Notes under the pieces: model-generated
Seen by the model: only the letters and a program-made list of their open reading frames with translations
The model's database searches: none
What the model was told of the DNA's origin: nothing
Program-made: the position numbers and the translations under genes
Shown: piece by piece, positions 40,171-49,356 of the stretch
Layout: every line of letters begins with the position of its first letter
How positions within the stretch are numbered: position 1 is the stretch's first letter
NCBI GenBank assembly: GCA_963666215.2
Contig: CAXWPL010000005.1
Span: 448,001-512,000 of the forward strand
Length of the DNA stretch: 64,000 bases
Reading direction: 5' to 3'
Source of the DNA: Acidobacteriota bacterium
GTDB lineage: Bacteria; Acidobacteriota; UBA890; WLXD01

Positions 40171-41301
40171 CTAGTGGTGGTGGCCCTCGCCCATGCCTTC
40201 CGTTGACGGCTCGCTCGGTTGAGCCTGACCGGGTGGAACGGCGCCCGGCGGTGGTGGGTAGGTCAACTGGCGATCGCCCGCCGGGCGGTGATACAGGTAC
40301 ATCACCGCCATCGCGTCAACCGGCTCGTCGCTGGTGTTGTCGTAAACCGACTCGATCTCGTACTCGTGATCGGGATACATGGTGAATCCATCGGCGCTCG
40401 AGTAAACCGGGATCTCGAGAATCTGCGGGCGATCGGCATCGCGCTTGACCGATGTCTCCCACAGAACGGTGCCGTCGGTGACGTCGGTCAGCTTCATCGA
40501 CGTCCCGTGGTTGTGCATGTGAACCACGCCATAGTGCACCTGGGTGACGCCGGGCAAGAAACCGCGGTGACGCTGTCGCACGATCTGGCGGCCCGAAGGC
40601 ACCATCCAGTGACCGACCTTGCCCTTGGCCGTTTCCGGCAGGCTGGAAGGCCAGAGCGAATCACCGTCGCCCTCCAGAACTTCCACCGTGTCGTCCGGGA
40701 GTACCGTCACGCTCGCTCTGTACAACGACTCGACGCTCGCGGCCGCTTCCGCGCTCGCAGCGCCGGCGCCAACGTAGTCAACAACGAACCGCAGCTTGAC
40801 CTCGCGGTCGAGCTCTTCTTCGTAGTTGTTGAGCACCATCCCGAGCATCGACACCCCGCGCCACGGCTCGTCGAGATCGCCCAGAATCTGAGCCAATGGA
40901 ATTCCGAAGCCGGCTGGTAGACGGAGCTCCGGGATGCCGGTTGCGGCCACCATCAGGCGCGCGCCCGTGTCGAGCTGGATCTGGCTGTGGCAGAAGTACT
41001 CGTCGCCCAGCGGTGCGTCGGTGGCTGCATCGAGCACCTCGGTGCGGAATCCTGTAATCCAACCGATGCCAGCCGTGTCGAGCGCGACACGCTGGTGCAC
41101 ACCTTCCATAGAGTGGTAGATCCCGTCGATACGCAGCGGACCGACATCGACAACGCGGCTATGGGTTGCGGCCACCACCGCCGCCGCTGGTACTCCGGGC
41201 GCCGATGGCGCACAACTCGTCGACGCCGTGCAAGTGCTCGCCAGCACGCATAGACCGACCTTGACTCTGCTACCCACCCCATCCTTCATCCAGTCCTCCA
41301 T
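40171..41301 (-). CDS. Exported protein with copper type II monooxygenase-like motifs
   Basis: FCHSQ, HMHNHG and C-terminal YDN...DAM resemble PHM/DBH copper-site spacing. Cys-containing N-terminal signal. Confidence 0.5.
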   Translation of the reverse strand: MEDWMKDGVGSRVKVGLCVLASTCTASTSCAPSAPGVPAAAVVAATHSRVVDVGPLRIDGIYHSMEGVHQRVALDTAGIGWITGFRTEVLDAATDAPLGDEYFCHSQIQLDTGARLMVAATGIPELRLPAGFGIPLAQILGDLDEPWRGVSMLGMVLNNYEEELDREVKLRFVVDYVGAGAASAEAAASVESLYRASVTVLPDDTVEVLEGDGDSLWPSSLPETAKGKVGHWMVPSGRQIVRQRHRGFLPGVTQVHYGVVHMHNHGTSMKLTDVTDGTVLWETSVKRDADRPQILEIPVYSSADGFTMYPDHEYEIESVYDNTSDEPVDAMAVMYLYHRPAGDRQLTYPPPPGAVPPGQAQPSEPSTEGMGEGHHH

Positions 41302-41465
41302 CTCTTCGGTGTGTTCCGCCTTAGCGACAGCGTGCTCAGCAATCCTTGGAATCCTAACAATATCTCTTCGTAATCAAAACTATTTTGATATAACTATAAC
41401 TGTCTTTTAATAACCTTCAGGGACCAACACAGGACAACAAGGGCAACGTACGCACCGTGACGACC

Positions 41466-43418
41466 ATGATCCTGAGCCTGGCCCAGGCTGGCGTAGCCGC
41501 GCTCGGCGCGCGCGCCCTCGGGGCGGCCGTGCTGGCACGTATCCCCGCGGTCACCGATGCGCGCTTCGGACATCCCGCATTGCGTCTCGCCGCTGACACC
41601 GCCGTCGGTCTGATCGTTGTCTCACACGTTGTCCTGGCGGCCGTCTTACTGCATGTCGCCACTCCGGCCTTCTTCGCCGTATTGCTGGGAATGCTCGCGA
41701 CGGCGGCTGTCGTCGCTGCAACAGCGAAGGATGCGACCGCGACTGCGGACGAGGCAGCGACCCAGGGGCGCGCCAAGCCCGGCGTCACATGGGAACGCGT
41801 TCGGCCGCGCGATTCGATCGAGTGGGCTCTGGCCACGGCGGCGCTCGCACTCATCGCATGGGTGTCGCTGCTCGCCCAGCTACCGGCCGTCGAGCCCGAT
41901 GCGCTCACCTACCACCTCGAGATCCCTCGGCAGCTGCTCGCCAACGGCGGCGATCTGCTGTTTGTCGACAACATGTACGGCTACTTCCCGCTCTTCGGCG
42001 AGATGCACTTTCTGTTCGGCCTGGCACTGGCGGGCGAGCCTGCAGCCAAGCTGTTCCACTCGCTCTACGGGCTCCTGCTGGCGTTGGCGATTTATGGGTT
42101 CGGTCGCGAGTGGCTGAGCCGCAAGATGGCGGCCCTCGCGACGTTGCTGTTCGTCACGGTCCCGTCGGTCATGCAGATGTTGGCCTACGCCTACGTCGAC
42201 CTGATGTTCGCGCTGTACGTCTTTCTTGCCTTCGCGGCGCTGCTGCGCTACTTCGGTACCCGGCAGCTCGGGTGGAGCGTGGTGGCCGGCGTCATGGCGG
42301 GCGGTGCGTGGGCTACCAAGTACACCGGCCTGCAGGTGGTTCTCATGCTCCTGCTGCTGCTGTTGGTCGAGCATCTGTGGTCGCGGCGCAAGAACATCCC
42401 GCGCGCGGCGATGGTCTTGCCTGTGGTCGCGTTCCTGCTGTTTTGCCCCTACTTGGCGCGCAACCTCGCCGTCACCGGCTGGCCGCTATTCCCGTTCTCG
42501 TTCGGCAACTTGCCGCTCAACCCGGAAATCAACTGGGACGCCGAGCGCGGCGAGCTACTGCTCGACTTCCTCGACCTGTATGGCAAGCGCAGCGACGAGA
42601 CCGCCTTCGTGGATCGTCTCGTGGCACCGGTGAAGGTGTTCCTGACGGGTCAGTTCTGGGACTACGAGGGCTACGACGGCATGATCGGCCCGGTTTTTCT
42701 GCTGGTGCCGATGCTGCTCTTCCGACGCAAGCTGCCACGCCACCTCAAGCTCGTGGCGATGTTCGCCGGTCTCTACGTCTACTACTGGTCGGTCACGACG
42801 CTGCAGATTCGTTTCCTTTTGCCTGCGATTCCGGCGCTCGCAGTGCTTCTCTGCTACGGACTTTCTCAGCGGCGCTACCAGTTGCTGCCGTCACTGGTAA
42901 CGGCGCTCGCGATCGTCAGCGCCGGGTTCGGCGTGCATCAGAACCTCATGGCGCAGCCCTGGGACATCGACGCCCGTCCTTGGGACTACTGGGCCGGACG
43001 CGAGTCGCGCGAGGAGTACGTCAACAAGCGAGTTGGCTTCTATCCGCTGTACAACATCGCCAACGACACGCTCGGCCCCAACGACACCGTGTACCTCGTG
43101 GACATGCGCCACCTCGCTTATTTCCTCGAGTGCCGCTGGCGCGCCGACTTCATTTTCCAGCACTGGTCGCTCGCCTCGATCCTGTCCGAGCAGGGCACGG
43201 CGTACGGAGCTCTGAGAGCGCTGCGCGCGCGTGGCATCACGCACCTGATGATCGACGAGAACATGACCTTCGGAGCCTCGCTGGTCGACCAACCCATGCT
43301 CGCCGAGCTGCTGCGCAACCTGCTCCTGAACCACGCCCAGCGGCTCGCCCGCAATCCACGTTGGCCGGGGCAGACGTTCTGGGAGCTCCACCGAGAGCTG
43401 CCACAAACGACCCAATAG
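41466..43418 (+). CDS. GT-C fold (ArnT/PMT-like) membrane glycosyltransferase
   Basis: Many TM helices, DALTYHL.IP, AYVDL, TKYTG, PYLARN...TG.P.FP, RFLLP. Confidence 0.75.
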   Translation: MILSLAQAGVAALGARALGAAVLARIPAVTDARFGHPALRLAADTAVGLIVVSHVVLAAVLLHVATPAFFAVLLGMLATAAVVAATAKDATATADEAATQGRAKPGVTWERVRPRDSIEWALATAALALIAWVSLLAQLPAVEPDALTYHLEIPRQLLANGGDLLFVDNMYGYFPLFGEMHFLFGLALAGEPAAKLFHSLYGLLLALAIYGFGREWLSRKMAALATLLFVTVPSVMQMLAYAYVDLMFALYVFLAFAALLRYFGTRQLGWSVVAGVMAGGAWATKYTGLQVVLMLLLLLLVEHLWSRRKNIPRAAMVLPVVAFLLFCPYLARNLAVTGWPLFPFSFGNLPLNPEINWDAERGELLLDFLDLYGKRSDETAFVDRLVAPVKVFLTGQFWDYEGYDGMIGPVFLLVPMLLFRRKLPRHLKLVAMFAGLYVYYWSVTTLQIRFLLPAIPALAVLLCYGLSQRRYQLLPSLVTALAIVSAGFGVHQNLMAQPWDIDARPWDYWAGRESREEYVNKRVGFYPLYNIANDTLGPNDTVYLVDMRHLAYFLECRWRADFIFQHWSLASILSEQGTAYGALRALRARGITHLMIDENMTFGASLVDQPMLAELLRNLLLNHAQRLARNPRWPGQTFWELHRELPQTTQ

Positions 43419-43456
43419 CTGCGCGCGGGTCGCGAACATGCGAGTATTACAGACAT

Positions 43457-44638
43457 ATGTCTGCTTACGGTCGCAACGATCCCTGGAGAGATCCCGCTCG
43501 GGAGACTGATCCGGCTTCAGATACCGATCTGGCCAACTGCGAGTGTGGCGGCACCGACGCCGGTGTGTCGGCGAGGACTCCAATTGCCGCGCCACGCGGG
43601 CGCGGGACCGCGACCAACCCGGCCAATCGCGTTGAGCGTCTCCACGTCGTGCTCGACTCGATGGCGCCGACAACCGACTGCGACGCCCCCCGGCCCGCAG
43701 TCGCTACGCAATACCTGCGCGACGCCTCACGCTCTGTCATCTCACGCAACGACAGCCCCGATGTCACGTTCAGCGCGTCGCTGAATCCGTACCGCGGCTG
43801 CGAGCACGGTTGCGTCTACTGCTATGCGCGGCCGACTCACGAGTACCTCGGCTTCTCGGCCGGCCTCGATTTCGAGACACGCATCCTCGCCAAGAACGAG
43901 GCGCCGCGTCTTCTCGAGCAAGAGCTGCAGCGGTCGTCGTGGAAACCGCAGACGCTCGGATTGAGCGGCGTCACCGACCCCTACCAACCCATCGAGAGCG
44001 CTCTGCGGCTGACACGTGCCTGCTTGAAGGTGCTTCTGGCGCACCGAAACCCGGTGATCGTCATCACCAAGAACGAGTTGGTCACGCGTGATATCGACCT
44101 ACTCGCACGCCTCGCGGAACACGGAGCCGCAGCCGTGGCGATATCGGTGACCACGCTCGACGAATCGATCGCCGGCCTCATGGAACCGCGCGCATCGCGT
44201 CCCCGCCGACGCCTGGCGGCGATCCGCAAGCTGGCGCGCGCGGGCATTCCCGTGACCGTCCTCGTGGGTCCCGTCGTACCCGGGCTCACCGATCACGAGC
44301 TACCTGAGATCCTCGAAGCGTCCCACGCCGCCGGCGCGCGTTCCGGCGGATACATCATGTTGCGCCTTCCCGGCGCGGTGTCCGGCCTCTTCGACGCTTG
44401 GTTGGCCCGCAACTTCCCCGACCGGCGCAACCGAGTTCTCCGACGTATCCGCAGCCTCCGCGATGGCCAGCTCAACGACAGTCGGTTCAAGACGCGGATG
44501 CGAGGCGAGGGGCCCTTCGCGGAGCAAACCGCGGCGCTCTACCGGCTGACCTGTCGAAGGTTGGGCTTATCGGCCGGCGGAGCCGCGCTGTCGACGGCGG
44601 CCTTTCGGCGCAACCCGGAGCAACCAGGGTTGTTCTGA
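43457..44638 (+). CDS. PA0069-family radical SAM protein
   Basis: RGRGT..NP.NR, SPDV.F..SLNPYRGCEHGCVYCYARPTHEYLG, TDPYQP.E. Confidence 0.93.
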   Translation: MSAYGRNDPWRDPARETDPASDTDLANCECGGTDAGVSARTPIAAPRGRGTATNPANRVERLHVVLDSMAPTTDCDAPRPAVATQYLRDASRSVISRNDSPDVTFSASLNPYRGCEHGCVYCYARPTHEYLGFSAGLDFETRILAKNEAPRLLEQELQRSSWKPQTLGLSGVTDPYQPIESALRLTRACLKVLLAHRNPVIVITKNELVTRDIDLLARLAEHGAAAVAISVTTLDESIAGLMEPRASRPRRRLAAIRKLARAGIPVTVLVGPVVPGLTDHELPEILEASHAAGARSGGYIMLRLPGAVSGLFDAWLARNFPDRRNRVLRRIRSLRDGQLNDSRFKTRMRGEGPFAEQTAALYRLTCRRLGLSAGGAALSTAAFRRNPEQPGLF

Positions 44639-46053
44639 GAATCCTTGGCAAGGTCGGACCGGCGCAAACGCCCAGATCGGCCGCGCCGGTCGATCTGCGC
44701 GCGGCAGCGTGACAGTACGGCTCGGTGAAGCGCGAGCGCCGGAGGATACTCGGCGAGTAAGCCGTCGCACGGAAAGCACCTTCGCGCTTAGATCGGACAT
44801 GGCGCGTGTGCGAAAATGACGCGGTTCGATCGTCTACTGGCGGGCGGCTTCGCCAGAGGCCGATTCGAAGCTGCTCACCGCTGTGTCCGAGAAGGTACGA
44901 GCAGATCGCACCGAGCGCTCGACAAACTCCGATCCTCGGACGCTTGCTCCAATGGCACCGAGCCGCCGCCGAGCCTGGCGAGCGGCGCCACCAACCACCT
45001 CATCCGATGACCTCCCGAACCGCTCGCGACGCGAAGCACAGCCCGCAGCCTGCATTCCTGCCGACCATCGTTGGCCTGGTGGCCCTGGCGTCGACGGTGA
45101 TGCCTGGTGCAGCCACAGCCCAGGACGCGGCTCGCGGAGGCCGGCTGTTCAGCGAGCTCGAGTGCAGCAGCTGCCATGGCGAGCGCGGCCAGGGCGACTT
45201 CGGCCCGGCGCTCGCCGGTGTGGGCCTCACATACGAGAGGGTTGCGTCGCAGGTGCGCTCGCCGTCGACTCGGAGGATGCCGACATTCGACGTCGCCAAG
45301 CTGCCGGACGAAGGGCTCGCCGACATCCACGCCTACCTGGTATCCCTCGCGGCGCCCACCATCGCCGACGAGCCCACCTGGCGCGGCACCGAGCTCATCA
45401 ACTTGCCAACGCCGCGAATGCCCGAGCGCCGCGAGCTCGAGCTGCACTTCGGCCACCGCTTCTCCGAGTCGATCACCGACGCGGGCAAGGAGGGCCTCTA
45501 CGGCCTCGACAGCTTCGCCTTCCCGGCCTTCATGCTGTCGTTCGGTGCACACGATCGGCTGGCCCCCTACGCGGGTCGATCGGCGAACTTGGCGACCTGG
45601 GAGTATGGCGTGAAGATCTTGGTTTTCTCGGAAAAAATGATCGGTGCTCCGATCGCGATGGCGGCGAACGTTGGCGGCACCTACCTCGATGCCGACGGCA
45701 TCACCACAAACAGCCGCTTCACGGTAGAGCTGCCGGTTGGCGCCCGCCTTGGCAATCGCATCAGCCTGCTGGCCGTGCCGATCTACACGACGAACCCCGA
45801 CGAGTTCAATGGGGCGGGCAGCGACGACAACTCGTTCGCGCTCGGCCTCGGCGGCTCGATCAAGCTGACCTCACGCTACAGCCTGGATGGAGAGTGGATC
45901 GGCAACCTCTCCGGCTTCGAGCGCGCGGGAGCCGTCGACCAGTGGCAGGCCGGCGTTGGCATCAAGATCGGCGGCCACGTCTTCCAGCTGTTCGTGACCA
46001 ACAGCGTCTTCACTACCCCCGACTTCATGGCTGGTGGCTCCATACGAACCGGC

Positions 46054-47013
46054 CTAGATGTGAGTTCTAGGTAGGTTGTTCACGAACTCACCCCTGAGAG
46101 CCGAGCGATCGGCGGTGTCATGCCGATGCCGGCGTGGGGAGCGGTGACGATTGTAGTGGTTGAGCCAGGGCCGTAGAGCTCGAGTACGTCGAGCTGAGGT
46201 CTGGTAGCAGGTGCCGTAGGCCCACTGCTCCTTGAGTGTGCGGATGAAGCGTTCGGCTTTGCCGTTGGTTCTGGGGGTGTAGGGCCGAACGGTGTAAATG
46301 TGCCGGATCTCGAGTTGATGGCATAGGCGATTGAAGCGCTTCGAGACGTAGCCAGGCCCGTTGTCTGTCATCACTCGGCGCACCGCTACTCCCATCGAAG
46401 CGAAGTGCTCGACGGCTCGCTGCAGGAACGCTGTGCAGGTGTGTTGGTCTTCGGCGGGCAGCACTTCGACGTACGCCACCCGAGAGTGATCGTCGATAGC
46501 GACGTGGGCGTTCTCCCAGCCGACGCCGTAGGCCCGCTTGGAGCGGTCGCCGTGGATGCGGTGTCCAGGTCGCCGGATACGGGCCAGTTTCTTCGTATCC
46601 AGGTGCAGTAGGTCACCGGGGTGCTCGTACTCGTAGCGAACGATCTCGGGCTTGGGCTCGAGCGCATCAAGCTTGGCGAGTCCGAGCCGCTTCAGCCACG
46701 CCGAGACGGTCGAGCGCGGCACAGCCAACCTTCGGCTGATCTGCCAGGCCGTCAGTCGCCGCCGACGTAGCTTGTCGATCTGCCTCACAACTCCAGCGCT
46801 TGTTGCGTGCGGACAGCACGTCGGCCGGCTTGATCGATCGAGCAGCCCGGCCTCACCTTCTCGCTCGTATCTATCCAGCCACTTGTAAACCGTTCGAGCC
46901 GACACGCCGAGCGCCGCCGCCGTTTCCGTCACGGGCTCCGCCCGCTCCCGGACTCGGCGGACCATCTCTCGGCGTATATACGGCATCGTGCGGGCGTTAC
47001 CATGCAGCTGCAT
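46054..47013 (-). pseudogene. IS481 transposase with a +3 insertion and a +1 frameshift near the C-terminus
   Basis: Matches copy 1 except T9M, YT-V-RPY, and divergence after YNRHR. Confidence 0.85.
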
Positions 47014-47105
47014 CGGGCGCCCTTCTGCCGGTCGTGGAGTCTTTTGAACAACCCCATTGATCTCAGAAGTGAGCCCCGATGTGAACAACCTACTTAGAAA
47101 ACACA
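46059..47105 (-). mobile_element. IS481-family insertion sequence, copy 2 (inverted relative to copy 1)
   Basis: Same IRs and nearly identical sequence to copy 1. Flanks CCTAGA (46053-46058) and ACTAGA (47106-47111). Confidence 0.96.
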
Positions 47106-47159
47106 ACTAGACAGCAACGTGAAGCTCGGTTTCAACCTCGTGCGCGAGTTCCGGCTCTG

Positions 47160-48650
47160 ATGAGAGGATCTCCAGTTGCAGGCGGCGTGAAGCTCGGTCC
47201 TCGACCGCGCGCTCGAGCCCAACCATGGCTCCGGCGGCTCGGCCGCGCCGCTTTGGTCGCGTCGCTCGCGGTGGCTGTTGCGAGCTCGGTCGCACCCTAT
47301 GGAGCCGCTGGCGCCGCGCAGGAGGACGACGCTTTCTTCGAGCGACTCACCGACGGTGGCTGGAGCGGCACGGTTCGGTTCGGCAAGCGCCACATGCCGC
47401 TGCAAGTCAACCTCAACACGCAGAAACCGTCCGGCTACGGCTTCACCGTCGTCCCCGACGACCTGAGCACCAACCCCGAGACGCTCATCGTTGCGCCCTC
47501 GCTCACTTTTCGCGCCATCGGCCTTCGCAAGGTCATCGCGGAGTTCGACTCGGCGGCGGCCTTCGCGTCTCTCGACCCGGCAGTTGCCAGGGCAACATCG
47601 CGCGTTGGCGTCCACAAGCTCACGCTCGGCTACAAGGCTGCGTCGGACACGCTCAGGGGGCCGCTGACGAGCACAGCCACGGGTGTGGGCCGCGGCACGA
47701 TGTTGTTGTTCCGCATGGACGCGGCCAAACACCTGCAGAAGCTGTGGAGTGGCAGTGTACGAATCGCCGGCAAGCCGACGCCGTTGATCTTGCAGCTGGT
47801 CGAGGGCGACTCGGTGGCCGGGCGCGGCTGGTTGGGTGCCGAGACCGGGATCATCCAGAACGGGGTCCGCGCAGGCAATCGATTCACCGGCAACCTGAAG
47901 CTGCCGTCCGGCGATGTGAGGCTGACACTGAGGCTGGTCGTGCGACGGACCCGTCTGCGGGGCCGCATTGCGCAAACCGGCAACTTCAATGTACCCACTT
48001 CGCTCAACCCGGCTGGTGGCGGCGGCAAGGCGCTCGCCTTCGTGCGCGTCTTTCCCGCGTCCATCCCGGTGGGCGAGCCGACGGTGGTAACGCTCAAGGG
48101 CCGCAATATCTTCCACGGTGCGACGGTCCACACGAGTGACACGCGCTTTGCCGTGAGCGATGTGCAGCGACTCAACCCCACGACACTGCGCGCCACTGTG
48201 ACACTCGCTGCGGAGCTGCCTTCCGCGAGCACCTCCTCGCTGCGGCTGGTCAACGTCGACGGCCAGGTGAGAGAGCGCGCCAATGCCCTCAGCACAGCCG
48301 ACGATGGCGGCGGTGCCGTGGCGATCCGATTCTCAGCCGATGTACAGCCGATCTTCACCAATCGATGTGCGCTGGCGGGTTGCCACTCCACGGCGCGCGC
48401 GCGCGCGGGATTGGTACTCGACAGCGGCGTTTCCTATGCCAACATCGTCAATGTGCGCAGCAGTCAGGTCACATCGCGGAACCGGATCACCCCCGGCGAC
48501 CCCGTCAACAGCTACCTGCTCATGAAGATCCGTGGCGACTCCGGAACTACGGGCGGCAGAATGCCGCTCAACCAATCGCCGCTCGACGCCGCGACCATCC
48601 AGTTGATCGAAGACTGGGTCGCCCAGGGCGCGGCCAACAATGTCCGCTAG
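47160..48650 (+). CDS. Secreted protein with an IPT/Ig-like domain and a C-terminal CX4CH cytochrome c-like domain
   Basis: Signal peptide; VTLKGRN; FSADVQPIF..RCALAGCH...PGDP.NSYLL.KI...RMP....I..W..QGA. TGATG-coupled to the upstream gene. Confidence 0.75.
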   Translation: MRGSPVAGGVKLGPRPRARAQPWLRRLGRAALVASLAVAVASSVAPYGAAGAAQEDDAFFERLTDGGWSGTVRFGKRHMPLQVNLNTQKPSGYGFTVVPDDLSTNPETLIVAPSLTFRAIGLRKVIAEFDSAAAFASLDPAVARATSRVGVHKLTLGYKAASDTLRGPLTSTATGVGRGTMLLFRMDAAKHLQKLWSGSVRIAGKPTPLILQLVEGDSVAGRGWLGAETGIIQNGVRAGNRFTGNLKLPSGDVRLTLRLVVRRTRLRGRIAQTGNFNVPTSLNPAGGGGKALAFVRVFPASIPVGEPTVVTLKGRNIFHGATVHTSDTRFAVSDVQRLNPTTLRATVTLAAELPSASTSSLRLVNVDGQVRERANALSTADDGGGAVAIRFSADVQPIFTNRCALAGCHSTARARAGLVLDSGVSYANIVNVRSSQVTSRNRITPGDPVNSYLLMKIRGDSGTTGGRMPLNQSPLDAATIQLIEDWVAQGAANNVR

Positions 48651-49338
48651 CGGCGTGCCTGTGTCAGAGCCGGGCAATTCTCACGATGCAGCGGCGCTCG
48701 CCCGCGGAGAGGCGAACGCCTTGACGACTAGTCGCGCCGACGAAGGGCCACGTCGGCCGCCCGAAAACCCGATCTTCCACGCCATCGAGTACGCCACGAG
48801 AGCCCACCGAGGCCAGTGGCGAAAGGGCACGCGCGTGCCCTACATCGTGCACCCGCTGCGCGCCGCCACAATCTTGATCGACATCGAGGCGCCCGACCCC
48901 ATCGTCATCGCCGCTGTGCTGCACGACACTCTCGAAGACACCGAGGCTACGGTCCAAGAGCTTCGCTCGCGCTTCGGCGACGAGGTTACCGAGCTTGTCA
49001 TCGGAGCCACCGAATCGAATCGCCAAGCTCCGTGGGAAGAGCGCAAGCGCGGAACGATCCAACACCTGAAGACGGCATCCGAGGGTGTCCTCTATGTGGC
49101 CTCGGCCGACAAGCTCGACAACGTGCGGTCGATGCGGCGCGGCGAGCGTCGCTTTGGCGAGCAGTTCTGGGAGCGCTTCCACCGCCCTCGCGAGCGCCAG
49201 GCCTGGTACTACCAGGGGGTCGCGTCGGTGCTGGAGCGCCGAGCGCAAAACGCGCCGCTCGTTCGACTGGTTGAGACCCTGCGCGAAGAGATCGACGTGT
49301 TGTTCGGGACCGATACCCGAACAACGCCAAGCGTCTGA
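48640..49338 (+). CDS. HD-domain protein, small alarmone hydrolase (Mesh1-like)
   Basis: AH.GQ.RKG..VPYIVHP, AAVLHDTLEDT, ADKLDN. No synthetase domain. Start uncertain. Confidence 0.85.
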   Translation: MSASGVPVSEPGNSHDAAALARGEANALTTSRADEGPRRPPENPIFHAIEYATRAHRGQWRKGTRVPYIVHPLRAATILIDIEAPDPIVIAAVLHDTLEDTEATVQELRSRFGDEVTELVIGATESNRQAPWEERKRGTIQHLKTASEGVLYVASADKLDNVRSMRRGERRFGEQFWERFHRPRERQAWYYQGVASVLERRAQNAPLVRLVETLREEIDVLFGTDTRTTPSV

Positions 49339-49356
49339 TCGCGCGCCTGCTTCGGG

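Larger units (their letters stand above)
45007..47160 (+). pseudogene. Cytochrome c fused to a DUF5777-like beta-barrel; last 15 codons displaced by IS481
   Basis: Signal peptide, CSSCHG, RMP; then GTELINLPT, F.HRF, GGHVFQLF.TNS. The tail SNVKLGFNLVREFRL* lies after the IS (47112-47160). Confidence 0.8.

Noticed and set aside
41789-43456. Apparent 550-aa N-terminal extension of the radical SAM protein
   Set aside because: Arg/Gly-rich off-frame read of the glycosyltransferase gene. Family similarity starts only after 43457.
7361-47105. Composite transposon or inversion bounded by the two IS481 copies
   Set aside because: Each copy has its own target duplication and its interrupted gene continues on both sides, so they are independent insertions.
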